Translations under genes and position numbers: made by a program
From: an uncultured cyanobacterium
Lineage (GTDB): Bacteria; Cyanobacteriota; Cyanobacteriia; Cyanobacteriales; Cyanobacteriaceae
Direction: 5' to 3'
DNA length: 64,000 nucleotides
Assembly (NCBI GenBank): GCA_963749915.1
Contig: CAVVOP010000009.1
Location: 27,347-91,346 of the forward strand
Notes under the pieces: generated by a model
Told to the model about the DNA's origin: nothing
Seen by the model: the letters and a program-made list of their open reading frames with translations, nothing else
Databases searched by the model: none
Part shown: positions 61,073 through 64,000 of the stretch, piece after piece
Position numbering within the stretch: the stretch's first letter is position 1
How the letters are laid out: every line of letters starts with the position of its first letter

Positions 61073-61682
61073 TGTTTCCGCCTTCTCGGTGGGGTACATT
61101 ACTAGTAACGTAGCAGTATTAGTAAAAGCTCCCAAGGTACATAAACGCATTGCATCCATGCGAATAAACCATGAGGATATACGGAAAATGGTTGATGGGG
61201 CTAGAAGTGAGCGCGATCGATTAATCATTAAGATGATGTACTTTTTAGGACTGAGGGTTAGTGAGGTACTGCGGTTGACTTGGGATGATTTCTACCTTGA
61301 TAGTGGTGAGATGAAAGTATTTATCAGTGGGAAAGGGAATAAGGAAAGAACTTTGATTGTACCCCATGATTTATATCAAGAGTTATTGCCGCTTCAATCC
61401 GAGTACAATAAAACCTTTGTCTTTACAGCTTATCAAAGGGACGAAATGTTGAAAAGACAAGCGGTTAATATGATGTTGAACCGACTGAAGAAAAGATTAG
61501 GCATTAGTGCCAATATTCATCCTCACAAGTTTAGACATGAACACTCAATGACTAGTCTTGACAATGGTTGTGATATTCACTTGTTAAGTCGTAGTCTTGG
61601 CCATAGTTCAGTATCAATTACTGAAAGTTATTATCTCAATGGTAGGGAGAAGCAATCATCATCCACTTATATTAGTCTTTAA
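61073..61682 (+). pseudogene. Tyrosine recombinase, 5'-truncated by MITE
   Basis: GLRVSE, GKGNKER, HPHKFRH, LGHSS...TESYY; N-terminal domain missing. Confidence 0.8.
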
Positions 61683-61750
61683 CTGTAAAAAAAACACTGC
61701 TCAAGTAGCAGTGTTTTGTACAATTAAATTTCAGAGTCTGGAGTAAATAA

Positions 61751-62500
61751 TTATTGAGCTTTAGATGATAGTTTCTTCTTCTTGAATAATGTTCCGAAGC
61801 CCAATGCCGTTGCTGTGCCTAAGATGGTTAGGGGTTCTGGTATAGCTTGTGCTGTCCAAGTCCCCTGGACAGTAACTGCTTCAGGGGGTAGAAATCCATC
61901 AAAGTCCCCATTACTGTTTAGAAAAATTCGGTATTGTGAAAATGGTGCGAACAAGACATCTGTTAAGAACCAGCCTTGGCCAACAAATAACCCTTGGATT
62001 CTTGGATCCCCTACGCTAATATTAAGTAGTTCACCAGGGCCTGGTGGGAAAAACTCTGTTTCGGGGGGTTGAAATAGTAAAACATTAATAAATGGAGCGC
62101 CGGGATCTAGTATACTATCAAACTGTATAGTATCAAGATCTACTCCTGATATCTGAGCTTCTATATTCGTTACTAGACGAAAATCATCGCTCGTTGCAAT
62201 AGAAAAACTATCTTCCAGTACAAATTCTAGAGGGAGTTGGCTAGGATCTGTAATAAAAAAAGACTGAAAACTAGAACTAGATGACCTACCCGTAATGAAA
62301 GTCCCTTCAACAGAATCGGGTGTATATTCAAATGAACCATTACCTATTTGAATACCTTGACTGTCGCGAAATTCTAAACGTCCTGAGGTTACATCTTTAA
62401 ATGTGACTGCTAGTGTAGTACCAGCTTCTAGGATACTCCCAAGAATAAAAGTGCTAACTAGAGGAGCTATAAACTTAGTCGGTGTCTTTAGATTAGACAT
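61751..62500 (-). CDS. PEP-CTERM sorting-domain protein
   Basis: Signal peptide; IPEPLTILGTATALGFGTLFKKKK tail. Confidence 0.88.
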   Translation of the reverse strand: MSNLKTPTKFIAPLVSTFILGSILEAGTTLAVTFKDVTSGRLEFRDSQGIQIGNGSFEYTPDSVEGTFITGRSSSSSFQSFFITDPSQLPLEFVLEDSFSIATSDDFRLVTNIEAQISGVDLDTIQFDSILDPGAPFINVLLFQPPETEFFPPGPGELLNISVGDPRIQGLFVGQGWFLTDVLFAPFSQYRIFLNSNGDFDGFLPPEAVTVQGTWTAQAIPEPLTILGTATALGFGTLFKKKKLSSKAQ

Positions 62501-62693
62501 ATTTTCACTATAGTAAAAATAAATGTTATACGATGTGCAACTAAAAATGTAAGTAAAAGCAAATTCGCTGTGTTAGTTGTCAGACAATAAGAATATAACC
62601 ATCATTTATTACTATAAAACTATTGTTTCATAAATATTTACAATTATTATTTATAATGTGCTTTCTATTACAAAATATATAAACAAGCTGATA

Positions 62694-62976
62694 ATGGGTG
62701 TTTTTGCCTTAACCCTCGAAAAAGGGGATTAGGATTGTTGGAGTACGGTATAATCTGCCTTTCATGTCCTTAGACCATTGTCAAATTCACCGGAAACGAT
62801 AGCAACGGTTCTTGACAAATAGCTTACTGAAAAGTTAGATTCCTAAGATTTCGTTACTTTTATCCAGATCAATACGCTAGTTCAGTAATTGGCTAAAATC
62901 CAGATATATCAAGGAAAAACGCACTCTGCCATACCCCTTAATCCCCTCTTTCGAGGGTTAGGGCAAAGAAACCCAT
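62694..62976. mobile_element. ~283-bp MITE
   Basis: TIR ATGGGTGTTTTTGCCTTAACCCTCGAAAAAGGGGATTA / ATGGGTTTCTTTGCCCTAACCCTCGAAAGAGGGGATTA. Confidence 0.8.
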
Positions 62977-63523
62977 CTATCTCGACAGAATCGCTAAGTT
63001 GAAGCCAGGGACAAAATACGAAGACTTCATTAATCGCTCTATTCATCTTTCTGCAATTTCCTTGAACGCAAAGAAGTTATTGATCTTTACCAATTGCCCA
63101 CCAACAAAATGATCGATAAATATTGTTACAAGTCAAATCGTCATGGACGAGTAGATAACCATTCTCTTCCATGCCGCCTCACCTTCACCCATGCTCCACA
63201 CAGAGTATAAGCCAAACTTATATAGCAGGTATTCATACTCAGCCAATCACGGGTTTAACCATAAGATTTGCTTATTCCCCCTCTGGATGGCAACGAGAAA
63301 ACAGGCATTTAAGCGGTAGGATTGATCAAACTTCCATTAATTAATTTTATCTGAATCTTTCAGTAATGTTACCAATTCCTCTAATTGTTCATGTACCTTA
63401 TCAGGTAGTGTAATATATACTCTCTGTAAAAACTTATTTATCTAATTATGTAGGCACAGGTACAATTATGATTAGAAAAGTAGGAATTGGGCAATATCTC
63501 CCAAATATTACTCCTTATCCACC

Positions 63524-63585
63524 CGTCCGGCTAACGCCCGACTGACCCTCGAAAAAATACTTGTCGTCCGGCTAACGCCCTACTG
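63524..63585. repeat. GC-rich 16-bp direct repeat pair
   Basis: CGTCCGGCTAACGCCC at 63524 and 63565, each followed by (G/T)ACTG. Confidence 0.75.
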
Positions 63586-64000
63586 GTTCACTGGTTGGGT
63601 TGCTCTTCTTTACCATAAAATCTAAATGAAAATATTAGGTTGCGACATCGCACGGCGGTTTCGTTCTGGGGTTTGCCCCCTTTTTTTATCTTTCTAATAA
63701 GTGTATTAAACTTTACATTACTGGTAAAATACTTTAATTTTGGTATTAGTAACTTACTGAGTAAATCATTTTAAAAATACTAATTAATGTACTTAGTAAA
63801 ACACTAATATTTGAATAATAACAAATCCTGATTCTAAAAGGCATAAAGCCTCATATCTTCTCTTAAAGTACATAGTTACTGAATCAATTAAAAGGCTAGA
63901 TTAAATTGCTTATAAAAAACTTAATAATTCATTTTTACTTTCGTAGTTTTCATGGATAAAATGAAAAAATACGAAAATGGACAGGATTATAATATGAGTA

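Noticed and set aside
62980..63440. Degraded coding fragments (RHH-like stub RVYITLPDKVHEQL)
   Set aside because: Multiple stops; identity not supportable
63524..63585. Mini-CRISPR
   Set aside because: Only two 16-bp units; too short, and no cas context

Overview
AT-rich cyanobacterial DNA (abundant HIP1 GCGATCGC, heptamer tandem repeats, cyanobacterial PEP-CTERM tail). It is most likely a large plasmid or an integrated plasmid-derived island in heavy rearrangement. (1) 1-7.3 kb: decaying light/oxidative-stress cluster (rhodanese, DUF2256, frameshifted FeS-type photolyase, carotenoid oxygenase, UbiA-like, HEAT protein, several gene fragments). (2) 7.4-21 kb: plasmid backbone with two inverted copies of a rep(iteron)-ParB-like module, an XRE regulator and an IS-disrupted HNH nuclease. 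(3) 21.8-25.3 kb: type IIG-like R-M gene truncated by IS982. (4) 25.4-55.3 kb: ~30 kb island with three Cys-type sulfatases, two formylglycine-generating enzymes, HAD, DUF1254, MarC, HdeD, DUF1269, DUF202, BASS and AraC genes; three operons share an 18-bp operator at fixed spacing from a -10 box. (5) 55.4-64 kb: HicAB, thermonuclease, a YdjM/HlyD-like/coiled-coil operon, a truncated integrase and a PEP-CTERM gene. Best leads: a ParB HTH recognition helix that co-varies with an intragenic palindrome; a four-helix-bundle gene inside inverted heptamer arrays within two nested TSD-flanked MITEs; the putative AraC-sulfatase regulon; and 23-nt double-hairpin elements inserted in HIP1 sites. All product calls come from motif recognition by eye; no searches were run.
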